DNA of 63,048 nucleotides, counting the filler, from Reticulomyxa filosa (lineage: Eukaryota > Protista > Foraminifera): NCBI GenBank assembly GCA_000512085.1. It is 13 parts of 13 records of this genome, joined end to end, with 100 filler letters (N's around TTAATTAATTAA, not from the genome) between each part and the next. Parts side by side here need not be neighbours in the genome. Positions count along the whole stretch, not along the records: positions 61,736 to 63,048 come from ASPP01033906.1; 12 more parts are not named here. One strand, 5' to 3'. Shown here piece after piece: positions 62,991-63,048 of the stretch. Every line of letters starts with the position of its first letter. The first letter of the stretch is position 1. Made by a program: the position numbers and the translations under genes. The notes under the pieces are model-generated. The model was not told the DNA's origin, searched no databases, and saw nothing but the letters and a program-made list of their open reading frames with translations.

Positions 62991-63048
62991 TTTAACAACA
63001 TAAACAAATTTTTGCACAATGAAAAAAAAGAGCTAAATCACAAGTCAG

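Noticed and set aside
1-63048. Apparent cluster of ubiquitin-system genes (RNF213-like, USP, Ubl, RBBP6, MYCBP2-like)
   Set aside because: They lie on different unlinked contigs; only the USP and SAM-Ubl genes are actually adjacent.

Overview
This window is not one locus. It is 13 unlinked contigs joined by 100-bp artificial linkers (N44-TTAATTAATTAA-N44). Twelve contigs come from an AT-rich, intron-rich eukaryote. The divergent Retaria-type alpha-tubulin and the characteristic expanded WD40/Kelch families suggest a foraminiferan such as Reticulomyxa filosa (inference from recalled family signatures, not a search). One contig (8183-9680) is a betaproteobacterial rRNA operon fragment (16S-tRNA-Ile-tRNA-Ala-23S). 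Recognisable host genes: an RNF213-like RZ-finger E3 C-terminus, a KA1-like protein, a USP, a SAM-ubiquitin-like protein, an ankyrin-like protein, a head-to-head pair of HSPA12-like HSP70s (one fused to vWA), PIP5K, alpha-tubulin, V-ATPase c'', CCT8, an XK-like/ankyrin fusion, a multi-cold-shock protein, a DEP-PH protein, a HAD hydrolase, WD40, BUD31, RBBP6/Mpe1 and a MYCBP2/HECTD4-like fragment. There are also decayed LINE (RT/RNase H) pieces and foldback inverted repeats. The most intriguing signals are (1) a 33-codon exon cassette shared by the N-terminus of a WD40 protein and the C-terminus of a Kelch gene (candidate cullin-adaptor module), (2) the divergent vWA-HSP70/HSP70 pair, (3) a SAM-Ubl-diGly gene head-to-head with a deubiquitinase, and (4) an XK-scramblase-like/ankyrin fusion. 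Exon boundaries were inferred by eye. Several single-base frameshifts lie in or near homopolymers and may be sequencing errors.
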